DNA of 41,446 nt from Methanomassiliicoccales archaeon (GCA_030604065.1 JAUVWO010000001.1:1-41446); one strand, 5' to 3'; shown: positions 1-9,113, numbered from the stretch's first letter. Numbers and translations are program-made. The notes: a model not told the origin generated them from the sequence alone.

Positions 1-2
1 AG

Positions 3-1151
3 GTGCCCTACGTCAACGGGCTGCACAAGGACCTAAGGGGCATGGGCCAGGCTGTGCGCACGCTCATGGAGGCCGACCGGCCGCTCATACTTCTTGGAGG
101 GGGGGCCAAGTGGTCCGGGTGCGGGGCAGAGGCCATCCGCATGGCCGAGTCGCTCTCCGCGCCCATAGTCACCACTTTGATGGGCAAGGGCACCGTGCCC
201 GAGACCCATCCTCTATCTCTTGGCATGGTGGGCATGCACGGCCGTCGGGCGGCCAACTACGCCCTGGAGGAGTGCGACGTCATGCTGGCGGTGGGCACCC
301 GCTTCTCCGACCGGGCCGTTGGCGACCCCCGGTCCTGCCGCATGAGGGTCATACACATCGACATCGACCCCTCCGAGTCGGGCAAGAACGTCAGCCCCGA
401 CATATTCCTGTGCGGCAACGCCCGCGAGGTGATGTCGGAGATGATGCGAGCCATCAGCCTCAGGGTCGGCCGTTCGTCTTGGTCGGAGCGCATCGCCGAT
501 GTTCGGTCACGCTGTGACTGCGACATTTCTGCCGGGTCGAAGCCGATCTCACCGAGGTTTGCCATACACGAACTCGATCGGCTGCTGCCTGAGAACAGCA
601 TCGTCACCACCGAGGTGGGGCAGTGCCAGATGTGGGCGGCCCATTTCATGAAGGTTCCTCCAGGCCGCAGATTCATCACTTCAGGGGGGCTGGGCACCAT
701 GGGCTTCGGTCTCCCCGCGGCGCTGGGGGCAAAAGTGGCCGCCCCCGACGCCACCGTGGTGGACGTGGCTGGAGATGGCAGCCTTACCATGGTGTGCCAG
801 GAGATCGCCACCGCGGTGGAGGAGGACATCCCTGTCCTTATCCTGCTAATGAACAATGGGCGTCTGGGCATGATCCGTCAATACCAGCGCCTGTTCTTCG
901 GCGAGCGTCTGTTCGCCGAATCCTTGGGCGGCACCGACTACGTCAAGCTGGCGGAGGCCTTCGGCGCCCGGGCGGCCAGGGTGGAGGACCCCTCAGACCT
1001 GGCGAGCGCCATAGAGGAGGGCATCTCCTGCGGGCGCGCATTCCTTGTGGATGTCCAAGTGGACACCGACGAGGACATATTCCCCATGACCCTTAGGGGA
1101 GGGGAAGGGACCACAGTCTTTGGGGGCAGCTGCCCGTTCGATGGAGCGTGA
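3..1151 (+). CDS. ilvB: Acetolactate synthase large subunit, C-terminal part (5' end lies outside the window)
   Basis: ThDP-enzyme C-terminal motifs are present (GGLGTMGFGLPAALGAK, GDGS...NN). An ACT-domain small subunit gene follows 4 nt downstream. Confidence 0.9.
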   Translation: MPYVNGLHKDLRGMGQAVRTLMEADRPLILLGGGAKWSGCGAEAIRMAESLSAPIVTTLMGKGTVPETHPLSLGMVGMHGRRAANYALEECDVMLAVGTRFSDRAVGDPRSCRMRVIHIDIDPSESGKNVSPDIFLCGNAREVMSEMMRAISLRVGRSSWSERIADVRSRCDCDISAGSKPISPRFAIHELDRLLPENSIVTTEVGQCQMWAAHFMKVPPGRRFITSGGLGTMGFGLPAALGAKVAAPDATVVDVAGDGSLTMVCQEIATAVEEDIPVLILLMNNGRLGMIRQYQRLFFGERLFAESLGGTDYVKLAEAFGARAARVEDPSDLASAIEEGISCGRAFLVDVQVDTDEDIFPMTLRGGEGTTVFGGSCPFDGA

Positions 1152-1155
1152 GAAT

Positions 1156-1518
1156 ATGGAAGTAATATCGATGATAGTCAACAACGAGTTCGGTGTCATG
1201 CAGCGCGTGATGGCCGAGTTCACCCGCAAGCGGATAAATGTGGAGACGATAGTGGAGGGCAAGTGCGAGATGGCCTCGAAAGCGCGCATCGTACTCACGG
1301 TCAAGGACCGGGGCGAGGCCGAGGCGGCGGTAGGCCGCCTGGAGCGCCTGCAGGATGTGGAACAGGTGGAGATCGTCGATCCCCATAGGCACGAGGCCTA
1401 TGCCTTGGTGAGCAACGGTGACAGCAAGGTCAGGCTCATCGGCTCCATTGAGGAGGTGGCCAAGCTGGTCGCCGTTACCGGTCCGGAGCAGTACATCCAG
1501 ATAGTGAACGCGTTGTGA
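1156..1518 (+). CDS. ilvN: Acetolactate synthase small (regulatory) subunit, ACT domain
   Basis: The ATG at 1156 lies just after the ilvB stop. The ACT-like sequence is ISMIVNNEFGVMQRVMAEFTRKRINVETI. The longer ORF start at 1120 overlaps ilvB and is unlikely. Confidence 0.75.
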   Translation: MEVISMIVNNEFGVMQRVMAEFTRKRINVETIVEGKCEMASKARIVLTVKDRGEAEAAVGRLERLQDVEQVEIVDPHRHEAYALVSNGDSKVRLIGSIEEVAKLVAVTGPEQYIQIVNAL

Positions 1519-1575
1519 GCGGGGAATGCTTATCAGAAGGATAGGGGATACCCAAGACAAGCGGAGTGTTCGAGG

Positions 1576-2490
1576 ATGGAACCCACGACCAAGATATGGA
1601 TGGATGGGGAGCTGGTGGACTGGGCCGATGCCAAGGTCCATGTGATGTCGCATGCGCTGCACTACGGCACAGGGGTGTTCGAGGGCATCAGGGTCTACCA
1701 CACCGATGAGGGACAGGCGATCTTCCGTCATCGGGATCACATCAAGCGGCTGCTGGATTCGGCCAAGGTGTTGGGTATGGATGTGCCGTACACGCTGGAT
1801 GAGCTCATCGATGCCAACCGGGAGACCGTTCGAGCGAACGGGGCGAATGTGGACTACCTGCGCCCCATAGCCTACCTTGGAGGGCAGAGGGTGGGACTCA
1901 ACCCCATCGGAGTGGACGTCAAGGTCAACATAATCTGCGTGCACATGGGCTCCTACTTGGGAGAGGACATGCAGGCCAACGGGGCAACGCTCATCACTTC
2001 TTCCTGGGAGAAGCCGTCCAACCGGGCAGCGGCCCTCAGCGCCAAGATATGCGGCAACTACGTCAACTCGGTGCTGGCCAAACAGGAGGCCATCCGTGCT
2101 GGGGCGGACGAGGCGCTGATGATCAATTCCAATGGCAATGTGGCCGAGGGCAGTGGTGAGAACGTGTTCCTGGTGCGCGATGGCGCCCTGCATACGCCCA
2201 TGGTCTCCGATGCGGTATTGGAGGGCATCACCCGCAACTCGGTCATCGAATTGGCAAGGGACGAAGGCATCGAGGTGGTACAGCGCAGCATGACCCGTAC
2301 CGAGCTATACGTGGCCGATGAGGTGTTCATGACCGGCACTGCCGCCGAGGTCACCCCGATACGCATGATCGACAACCGTCTCATCGCTGACGGCAAACCG
2401 GGGCCAGTGACCAAGCGACTCCAGGCCCTGTTCGCCAACGTCGCTTCTGGACGCAACCAGCGCTACCGTCGTTGGCTTGACGTCCTTTGA
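1576..2490 (+). CDS. ilvE: Branched-chain amino acid aminotransferase
   Basis: Fold-type IV aminotransferase pattern over 304 aa (HALHYGTGVFEGIR, EGSGENVF, GITR). It sits in ilv context. Confidence 0.9.
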   Translation: MEPTTKIWMDGELVDWADAKVHVMSHALHYGTGVFEGIRVYHTDEGQAIFRHRDHIKRLLDSAKVLGMDVPYTLDELIDANRETVRANGANVDYLRPIAYLGGQRVGLNPIGVDVKVNIICVHMGSYLGEDMQANGATLITSSWEKPSNRAAALSAKICGNYVNSVLAKQEAIRAGADEALMINSNGNVAEGSGENVFLVRDGALHTPMVSDAVLEGITRNSVIELARDEGIEVVQRSMTRTELYVADEVFMTGTAAEVTPIRMIDNRLIADGKPGPVTKRLQALFANVASGRNQRYRRWLDVL

Positions 2491-2542
2491 GCCACAAACC
2501 TTTTATCCATTTCTTTAGAATAATATCCCCAAGTGATGTCAC

Positions 2543-3043
2543 ATGAGCACTGAGGAGAACCTGAAGGAGGCCTTTGCAGGCGAGTCGAAGGCCAACCGGA
2601 CCTATTTGGCATTCGCCAAGAAGGCGGAGCAGGAAGGATACCCGAACATCGCCCGGCTGTTCCGGGCAGCGGCGGACTCAGAGACCATTCATGCGCTGTA
2701 CCATTTTCAAGTAATGGGTATGGTCAATGGCACCAAGGAGAATCTGAGCGTTGCTCAGGGCGGGGAGAACTACGAGCACACCGACATGTACCCCAAGTTC
2801 ATCGAGGAGGCCATGGCAGAGGATAATAAGGACGCCGCTCTGGGATTCAGGTTGGCATCGCGGGTCGAGGAGATACATGAGACCAAGTTCCACGGTGCCG
2901 AGACGGCGCTGGACTCGGGCCATGACCTCCCGGGGCGCAGAATGTACGTATGCCAGTACTGCGGCAACGTTGAAGAGGGCGAGGTGCCGGAGCGCTGCCC
3001 AGTCTGCGGGATGTCGGCGTCGATGTTCTCCGAGGTCCAATAG
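2543..3043 (+). CDS. rbr: Rubrerythrin
   Basis: N-terminal ferritin-like di-iron helices (EAFAGESKANRTYLAFA) are followed by a C-terminal rubredoxin-like CxxC...CPxC (YVCQYCG...CPVCG). Confidence 0.9.
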   Translation: MSTEENLKEAFAGESKANRTYLAFAKKAEQEGYPNIARLFRAAADSETIHALYHFQVMGMVNGTKENLSVAQGGENYEHTDMYPKFIEEAMAEDNKDAALGFRLASRVEEIHETKFHGAETALDSGHDLPGRRMYVCQYCGNVEEGEVPERCPVCGMSASMFSEVQ

Positions 3044-3062
3044 CTCTGTCCAACGGTCTATC

Positions 3063-4295
3063 CTATCGGTTCACAGTCATCAGGTAAAGTGCGCTGGTCG
3101 CGCAGATGCACAGAGACGAGACCAGCATGATCATCGCCAGCTGGTCAGCAGTGGTGGTGAACAATCCGATCAGGATGACCTGGATGATGGTGAACACTCC
3201 CAGTATCCATATGATCAGGTAGCGTTCCGCTCCCATGGCATAGGTGTTGAACAGGTTGGCCAACGAGTAGAACATCATGGCGAAGCCCATGATCTTCAGG
3301 GTGTCGGCCGCGTCCACGTACTGCTCACCGTAGAAAAGTCCGAGAATGTCGTCGGGGATAAAGAAAAAGGCCAATGCGGCAGAGCTGCATAGCAGTATGG
3401 CCAGACCGAACGACTTGATGGTCACGTCCCTTTTCGACGTCCCCTTCGCCATGGCCTTGGCCAGCTTGGGCAGCATCACTGCGGAGATGGCGCTGGGCAG
3501 GAACAGGACAACCTTGCTCAGCATCGATGCGGCCGAGAACAGGCCGGCCTCATAATTGTCCAGGTATATCCTGGCTGCCAAGATGTCGACGTTTGTCATG
3601 ACCCCTATGGCCAGCACACCTATCATTGAGGGGACGGCGTACATCCACACCCCCTCCTTGGTCAAACGCACCGGCGGCGATTTCCAAACCTGGTGAGACG
3701 GGACAAGGGCGATCAACACAGACACCAGGGAGCCTAGGAGTACTGCGCACAAGGCCCCACCGACCTGAAAGCCCAACAGGACGAGGGCCACCGCGCTCAC
3801 TACCTTGACCACGGCACCCATCATCTGCTGCAGGCCCAACGACCAGTATTCCTCGACCCCCTGGGCCACGCCCATGCCCGCGGGCAGCACTACCCTGAGG
3901 GCCACGGCGCAGGACAGGATGCAGATGACCTCGAACGAGCTGATCGCAAGGTAATATTCGATCAGCGGGATCATCAGCATGACCGCCGCGGCGCACACCA
4001 GCGCCACGATCAGGACGATGGCGAACGCCCGCCTGACCATCCAGGAGGCCTCTCCGTCCCGACCCTCGGTCTTTAGTCGGGCTATGTAGCGGGCGAGCAC
4101 GATCTGGATCGCCATGGGTGGTATGGAGACCATCATCAGGATGCTGAGCAGGGCCGTTAGCTCAGAGTAACTCTCCACACCCAGGGAGCGGCCCATGGCT
4201 ATCTGATAGATATAGTCACATGCTCCAGCACCGACCGTGGTAATGAACATGATCATCGTGGGCTTGATGAACTCCCCATCATCAGCGTTGCTCAA
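3063..4295 (-). CDS. Polysaccharide/oligosaccharide flippase (MOP/Wzx family), multi-pass membrane protein
   Basis: This 410-aa protein is highly hydrophobic with many predicted TM helices and PST-family-like organisation. It has an apparent TTG start and sits in glycan-cluster context. Confidence 0.75.
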   Translation of the reverse strand: MSNADDGEFIKPTMIMFITTVGAGACDYIYQIAMGRSLGVESYSELTALLSILMMVSIPPMAIQIVLARYIARLKTEGRDGEASWMVRRAFAIVLIVALVCAAAVMLMIPLIEYYLAISSFEVICILSCAVALRVVLPAGMGVAQGVEEYWSLGLQQMMGAVVKVVSAVALVLLGFQVGGALCAVLLGSLVSVLIALVPSHQVWKSPPVRLTKEGVWMYAVPSMIGVLAIGVMTNVDILAARIYLDNYEAGLFSAASMLSKVVLFLPSAISAVMLPKLAKAMAKGTSKRDVTIKSFGLAILLCSSAALAFFFIPDDILGLFYGEQYVDAADTLKIMGFAMMFYSLANLFNTYAMGAERYLIIWILGVFTIIQVILIGLFTTTADQLAMIMLVSSLCICATSALYLMTVNR

Positions 4296-4388
4296 GGGTT
4301 CTACTCAAGATATGAATGATATAATAATCTTGCTCGATGCACCCAGATGGGGAGAATCTTATCTATAAACTATTGATTCATGGGTTCC

Positions 4389-5546
4389 ATGAATGTCCTT
4401 CTGGTCACTCTCGACCATCTCCTGAACACATATGGTGGGTGAGGGATCAGCGTCCATCTGCTGGCTGCTAGCTTGAGGGATAGGGGCGTCCATGTGGACG
4501 TTCTAGCTTTCACCGCCAAGGGCCCCTGAGCAACGAGGGGTGCAGCACATCCCCCAGCCTCGGGGACCTGCGCTGCTCAATACCGAGACCCGGAGGCACA
4601 TCAGAGAGCTGAAGGACGACTACGATCCCATCCACGTGTACAACACGGTGCAGATGCCAACGGCGGTTTCGGAGGCTGACGGCATACCCGTTGTGGACAC
4701 TCTCAACAACATCGATCTCATCTGTCCCAACCCACGGTTCGCCGACCCGAGCGCTGCAGGCCGTACGGCACGGTCCGGCGCCTACGCTGCGTTCTCAAGA
4801 ACAATGAGCGACCTATGGATAAGGTCGACGCACTGCAGAAGTGGCTCAATATCAGGTTGCTGCAATGTCGGTCCAAGGATGTTGACCGGCTTCTGCCCCT
4901 CACTGATGCGGTAATGGAATTCTATACAATGTCGGGATACCGATCGGAGCGGTCTTGGACCATACCCAACATGGTGGAGGATGCAGGCATCGAGGATCAC
5001 ACGTTCGATGGTCGCCGTGACATTCTCTACGTGGGCCGGGTGGAGGAGGACAAGGGGGTGCACACCCTGATCGAGGCGTTCGACCTCTTGGACGACGGGA
5101 ACGCAACGCTGACCATCGTTGGCACCGGTTCCGCCATGGAGCTGATGCAACAACTGGTCTCAGGAACCAGGCACGCCGATCGCATATCCTTTGTGGGTAA
5201 GGTGGATCGGGGACGGGTGTTGGACCACTATCGGTCGGCGTCCGTGTTCGTCCATCCGGCGATATGGCCGGAGCCGTTCGGCCGTACGCTACTAGAGGCG
5301 ATGCGCTTCTCGCTACCGATCGTGGCCTCAGACGCCGGAGCCTTGCCGGAGATACTGGACGACCACTCGCTCATGTTCGAAAAAGGCGATCCGCATGACC
5401 TGTGCCTGAGGTTGTGATCGGCCATCGATCGCATCGGGTCCGGGGAGCGTTTCGATCACTCAGAACGGCTGACAGAGTTCTCTCTCGATAGGGTGGCTTC
5501 CCACACGATGTCCGTTTACCGGGAGTGCATCAGGGAGAATTTCAAG
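4389..5546 (+). pseudogene. Disrupted family-4 (GT-B, group 1) glycosyltransferase
   Basis: GT4-like sequence is spread over two reading frames. MNVLLVTLD..YGG is followed by TGA at 4440-4442, then GISVHLLAASLRDRGVHVDVL. The frame shifts near 4507-4527. The +1 frame reads DPIHVYNT..GIPVVDTLNN. Frame 0 resumes between 4680 and 4914. The C-domain reads EPFGRTLLEAMRFSLPIVASDAGALPEIL. An in-frame TGA at 5415-5417 is followed by more GT4-like tail. Confidence 0.7.
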
Positions 5547-5555
5547 GTGTCGGGA

Positions 5556-6626
5556 TCAAAGCCCGACCGAGCAGTTCTCGCCAACCACAAGGCGGATCCC
5601 CCGAGGCTTTCGATCATTCTCGCTCAGAATGGTCGTGTTCCCCCCTATTAGGCTGTCCACGATGTTCTGGTCGCATTCGATGTGGCACCCGTCCATGATT
5701 ATGGACGATCCCAATTCTCCCCCGGCGAGGCGGCAGCCATTGCCGATGGAGGTGTATGGACCTATGTACGTTGGACCGATATCGCAGTCGCGTCCAACGA
5801 TCGCTGGTCCGCAGATGACCGCGCCATCGCGCACGATAGTGCCCTTGCCGATGGATACCCGGCCCTCGATGCGGGCACCATCCTCTATCGTACCCAGGAC
5901 ATCGGGCTTCATATCGTCCAGCACCAGCCGGTTGGCGGCCAGGATGTCGCTGGGCTTGCCAGTGTCCTTCCACCATCCACGGACCTGTTTGGCGGTAACG
6001 TTACCCACTTCCTGTCTCAGGGTGTCGATGGCGTCGGTGATCTCCAGCTCGTTGCGCCATGATGGCTTCAAACGATCGATCACCGGGAACACGCTGCTGC
6101 GCAGCAGGTAGATGCCTATCATGGCCAGGTCGCTGCGCGGCTCTTTTGGCTTCTCCACCAGGGAGATGATGTGACCGTCATCATCCAGCTCAGCGATGCC
6201 GAACTGCTGAGGGTTGGACACCTGGCACAGCGCCACCATTGCCTCATCGTCCGAGACCAAGAACTCATCGACCATGAACTTGATCCCGCCGGTGAGGATG
6301 TTGTCCCCGAGGTAGACGACGAACGGTTCGTCGCCCATGAACTCCCGAGCGCATCCCACTGCATGGGCGATGCCTCGCGGCTCACCTTGCACGATATATG
6401 TGATCTTGACACCGAAATCGGACCCATCACCAAGTAGTTCCCGGACCTTCTTGGGCATATTGTTGCCGAGAATGATGCCGATCACGGTGACCCCGGCGTC
6501 CCTGATATCCTCTAGGCAGTAGAGGATGTTGGGCGTGTTGGCTCTCGGTCTCAGTGGTTTGGGTCCGGTGTGGGTCAGCGGCCTGAGCCTAGTGCCGGAG
6601 CCCCCGGCCAGTATGAGTCCCTTCAT
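5556..6626 (-). CDS. rfbA: Glucose-1-phosphate thymidylyltransferase-type sugar nucleotidyltransferase with a C-terminal left-handed beta-helix domain
   Basis: N-terminal MKGLILAGGSGTRLRPLT is followed by a hexapeptide-repeat C-terminus. Its start overlaps the rfbD stop as ATGA. Confidence 0.85.
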   Translation of the reverse strand: MKGLILAGGSGTRLRPLTHTGPKPLRPRANTPNILYCLEDIRDAGVTVIGIILGNNMPKKVRELLGDGSDFGVKITYIVQGEPRGIAHAVGCAREFMGDEPFVVYLGDNILTGGIKFMVDEFLVSDDEAMVALCQVSNPQQFGIAELDDDGHIISLVEKPKEPRSDLAMIGIYLLRSSVFPVIDRLKPSWRNELEITDAIDTLRQEVGNVTAKQVRGWWKDTGKPSDILAANRLVLDDMKPDVLGTIEDGARIEGRVSIGKGTIVRDGAVICGPAIVGRDCDIGPTYIGPYTSIGNGCRLAGGELGSSIIMDGCHIECDQNIVDSLIGGNTTILSENDRKPRGIRLVVGENCSVGL

Positions 6627-7516
6627 TGTACTCCCTCTTCCTGCCTCATGCGCATGAGGCCATCTCTGAATCCCAGCATCGGCTTATCAATTGTTCGGAC
6701 GAGATGGGATACGTCCAGGCACGACATCGGCGGGCGGGCCGCTGGCAGATCCACACTGGAGGTGGGCACCGCACCCATGAGTTCCTTGTCCAACTCGAAG
6801 GCGTCAGCGATGTCCATGCCCATTGTGACCCGATCCAGGCAGTTGGGGCCTGAAGCATGATACACTCCGCCGGGACATCGGTCCAGCATCGCCAGCAGCA
6901 CCTCGGCGCAATGGGGGGCGTAAGTTGGGGACACTCGTTGATCGGCGAACAGATCTATGTGCCGACCCTGGCGCAGGGAGTCGATGACCCAGGTGACGAA
7001 GTTGCCCTTGGACGATGCCCGGCTCCACCCGTACACCACCGACACCCGGGCCACTAGGTTGTCATTACTGGCCGCCATCACCGCCTGCTCCCCTTCAAGC
7101 TTGCTGTGACCATACGCGCTCAGCGGTGCGGGGGCATCTTCCTCGGTGTAGGCGGAGCCTTTGGTCCCATCGAAAACGTAGTCAGTGGACACGTATACCA
7201 ATCTTACCCCCAGCTTGGCACATGCCTCGGCAACCGCCTCCGGGCCACCGGCGTTCACAGCCCTGGCCGCATTCGGCTCTCGTTCGCAATGGTCCACGTG
7301 GGTCATGGCGGCCGTCAGCACCACAGCGTCCGGGGAAGCGGATATGATCGATTCCATGGTGCCGGCGGCGTCGGTGAGGTCCAGCCGCACCCTCTCGTCA
7401 CCGGCCGTTGGTACGGTGGAGGAGTAACCGGCCACGGTGTCATGGCCCAGGGAGGAGGCGGCCTCGACCACGTAATGGCCAAGCAGCCCCGCTGACCCGA
7501 TGACCATCAGCCTCAT
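6623..7516 (-). CDS. rfbD: dTDP-4-dehydrorhamnose reductase
   Basis: SDR Rossmann N-terminus (MRLMVIGSAGLLG), YGHSK catalytic motif, 297 aa. It lies between the epimerase and the thymidylyltransferase. Confidence 0.85.
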   Translation of the reverse strand: MRLMVIGSAGLLGHYVVEAASSLGHDTVAGYSSTVPTAGDERVRLDLTDAAGTMESIISASPDAVVLTAAMTHVDHCEREPNAARAVNAGGPEAVAEACAKLGVRLVYVSTDYVFDGTKGSAYTEEDAPAPLSAYGHSKLEGEQAVMAASNDNLVARVSVVYGWSRASSKGNFVTWVIDSLRQGRHIDLFADQRVSPTYAPHCAEVLLAMLDRCPGGVYHASGPNCLDRVTMGMDIADAFELDKELMGAVPTSSVDLPAARPPMSCLDVSHLVRTIDKPMLGFRDGLMRMRQEEGVQ

Positions 7517-7517
7517 G

Positions 7518-8048
7518 TCATCGCTCCATCAGGGGATAGGCGGCATCCTTGGGTGACAGGATCGGATCTGCGACGGGCCAGTCGATGCCGAAGGCCGGGT
7601 CGTCCCAGCGGAACCCGCGCTCGTGATCCGGTGACCACAGCTCGAAGGTCAGGTACTGCACCTCGGTCCCGTCCTCCATGGCCTGGTAGCCGTGGGCGAA
7701 TCCATGGGGTATGTACAACATCCCTCGTTCCTCGGGATCCAGCTCCGCTCCCGTCCAGCGACCGAAGGTAGGCGATCCCGGTCGAACGTCCACGGCCACG
7801 TCGAATATGCGGCCGCGCAGGCAGCTGACCAGCTTGGTCTGAGCCATCGGGGCGACCTGCATATGCAGCCCCCGGAGCGTGCCCCGGGTCACGTTCTGTG
7901 GAAGGTTCACTTGAGCTACCCGATGCTCCAGGCCCGCCTGCCGGAAACGCTCGGTCTGGAACAGCTCGGTGAAGTAGCCCCTCTCATCGCGGAACAGCTG
8001 CGGGGTCACCAGCAGCACGCCCTCCAGTCCAGTTTCCTTGACATCCAT
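7518..8048 (-). CDS. rfbC: dTDP-4-dehydrorhamnose 3,5-epimerase
   Basis: Cupin-type RmlC pattern (DERGYFTELF, QVNLPQNV..GTLRGLH, HGFAHGY). The start was chosen at MDVKETGLEGV; the ORF opens earlier, at 8081. Confidence 0.85.
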   Translation of the reverse strand: MDVKETGLEGVLLVTPQLFRDERGYFTELFQTERFRQAGLEHRVAQVNLPQNVTRGTLRGLHMQVAPMAQTKLVSCLRGRIFDVAVDVRPGSPTFGRWTGAELDPEERGMLYIPHGFAHGYQAMEDGTEVQYLTFELWSPDHERGFRWDDPAFGIDWPVADPILSPKDAAYPLMER

Positions 8049-8093
8049 TGTGTTCGGGCAGCTATTGCGACCGCTCAACAAAACCCTTTCGGG

Positions 8094-8372
8094 TCACCGA
8101 CCGCTCGCCTCGGCGATGCGCCTCATGTAGTGCTCTGCCGTCGTCTTGTCCAGTGGCTGGTGGTGGCCGTCCACGTGGATCTCCAGGTCCTGCACGATCA
8201 GGCGTCTGCGTCTGGCCTCTTCGAGGAATGCCTCAAGGGTCCGTTCGATGGCGGTGGGCTCGTCGCAGTCCTCAAAGGTCATGATGAACCCCTGGCGATG
8301 TTCCTGCTCGTCGTGATGCTCCACTTCCTTATACAATATTTCCACTCTTGGCATGGGTATCGATGACATCAT
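8094..8372 (-). CDS. Hypothetical small acidic, His-rich protein at the head of the rfbC-D-A string
   Basis: The open frame spans 8094-8393. ATG candidates are at 8372, 8369 and 8354. I recognise no family, and only its position supports coding. Confidence 0.4.
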   Translation of the reverse strand: MMSSIPMPRVEILYKEVEHHDEQEHRQGFIMTFEDCDEPTAIERTLEAFLEEARRRRLIVQDLEIHVDGHHQPLDKTTAEHYMRRIAEASGR

Positions 8373-8441
8373 ATGTCGGCCAGGGTTATTCAAGGCTTGC
8401 CCGCGGGCGGTGGCTGGTGCCGTTCAGGCTGCTGACAAATC

Positions 8442-8449
8442 TTTTTATA
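8442..8449. promoter_or_regulatory. Candidate shared TATA box between the divergent hypothetical gene and rpl7ae
   Basis: TTTTTATA is the only strong A/T box in the 134-bp divergent spacer. It lies about 80 nt upstream of the rpl7ae ATG. Confidence 0.4.
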
Positions 8450-8487
8450 GAGCAACCACTTACAACGGATTTGCTCTTTTGAGCCCA

Positions 8488-8521
8488 TGAATGATGATGG
8501 CGTGAAAGCGTCTGAAGGAGG
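8488..8521 (+). promoter_or_regulatory. Box C/D-like K-turn motif in the rpl7ae leader, abutting the Shine-Dalgarno sequence
   Basis: AUGAUGA at 8491-8497 matches box C and CUGA at 8512-8515 matches box D. They flank a short GGCGU/GCGUC helix capped by GAAA. GGAGG follows at 8517-8521 and the ATG at 8528. Confidence 0.45.
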
Positions 8522-8527
8522 TAAATA

Positions 8528-8893
8528 ATGTCAATATATGTCAAGTTTGAGACCCCAAAGGAGCTCCAGGACAAGGCTTATCAGCTTGTGGAGACCGCTA
8601 GGGACACCGGCAAGATCAAGAAGGGTACCAACGAGGTCACCAAGGTCATTGAGAGGGGCGATGCCAAGATCATAGTGATGGCCACCGACGTCGAGCCCCC
8701 TGAGATACTCGCTCACATTCCTATGCTGTGCGAGGAGAAGAACGTACCCTACGTCTACGTCGGCTCCAAGGCTGAGCTCGGCAACGCCACTGGTCTGGAG
8801 AAGCCCACCGCTTCCATCGCGATCATTGACGCTGGCAAGGCCAAGCCGCTGCTGGATGCAGTGAATGAGGAAGTCGCGAAGCTGAAGGAGTAG
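8528..8893 (+). CDS. rpl7ae: 50S ribosomal protein L7Ae (K-turn binding protein)
   Basis: Clear L7Ae sequence ([47 protein letters not shown]) with a GGAGG SD upstream. Confidence 0.95.
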   Translation: MSIYVKFETPKELQDKAYQLVETARDTGKIKKGTNEVTKVIERGDAKIIVMATDVEPPEILAHIPMLCEEKNVPYVYVGSKAELGNATGLEKPTASIAIIDAGKAKPLLDAVNEEVAKLKE

Positions 8894-8903
8894 GTGCGTG
8901 GTC

Positions 8904-9113
8904 ATGAACGAGGACAGCATTCCTGCCGAGGTCGTGGAGATCGTCGGTCGGACTGGCATGACCGGTGAGGCCACTCAGGTGAAGGTCCGTGTCCTGGATG
9001 GCCGGGACAAGGGCAGGATCATAACTAGGACCATCATGGGCCCCGTGAGGATGGGTGACCTTCTGATGCTGCGCGAGACCTCCCGCGAGGCCCGCAAGCT
9101 GAGCATCAGGTGA
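8904..9113 (+). CDS. rps28e: 30S ribosomal protein S28e
   Basis: [27 protein letters not shown]...[25 protein letters not shown] is typical S28e. The ATG at 8904 was chosen over the GTG at 8898. Confidence 0.9.
   Translation: MNEDSIPAEVVEIVGRTGMTGEATQVKVRVLDGRDKGRIITRTIMGPVRMGDLLMLRETSREARKLSIR

Noticed and set aside
1093-2193. Long ORFs antisense to or overlapping confident genes. Examples: 1093-2193 (-), 9866-10585 (-), 12673-13668 (-), 23036-23863 (+), 23919-24674 (-), 26635-27417 (+), 16698-17414 (+).
   Set aside because: They lie opposite strongly conserved genes and have Arg/Pro/Gly/His-rich, non-protein-like composition. Open antisense frames are expected in GC-rich DNA.
4440-5417. 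The in-frame TGAs at 4440, 5415 and 41227 could be recoded codons (selenocysteine or readthrough).
   Set aside because: TGA is the terminator of most confident genes in this window (ilvB, ilvN, ilvE, rfbA/C/D, S28e, L24e, ndk, infB, aIF2g and others). The same GT4 gene also carries frameshifts, and I saw no SECIS-like context. Pseudogenisation is the simpler explanation.
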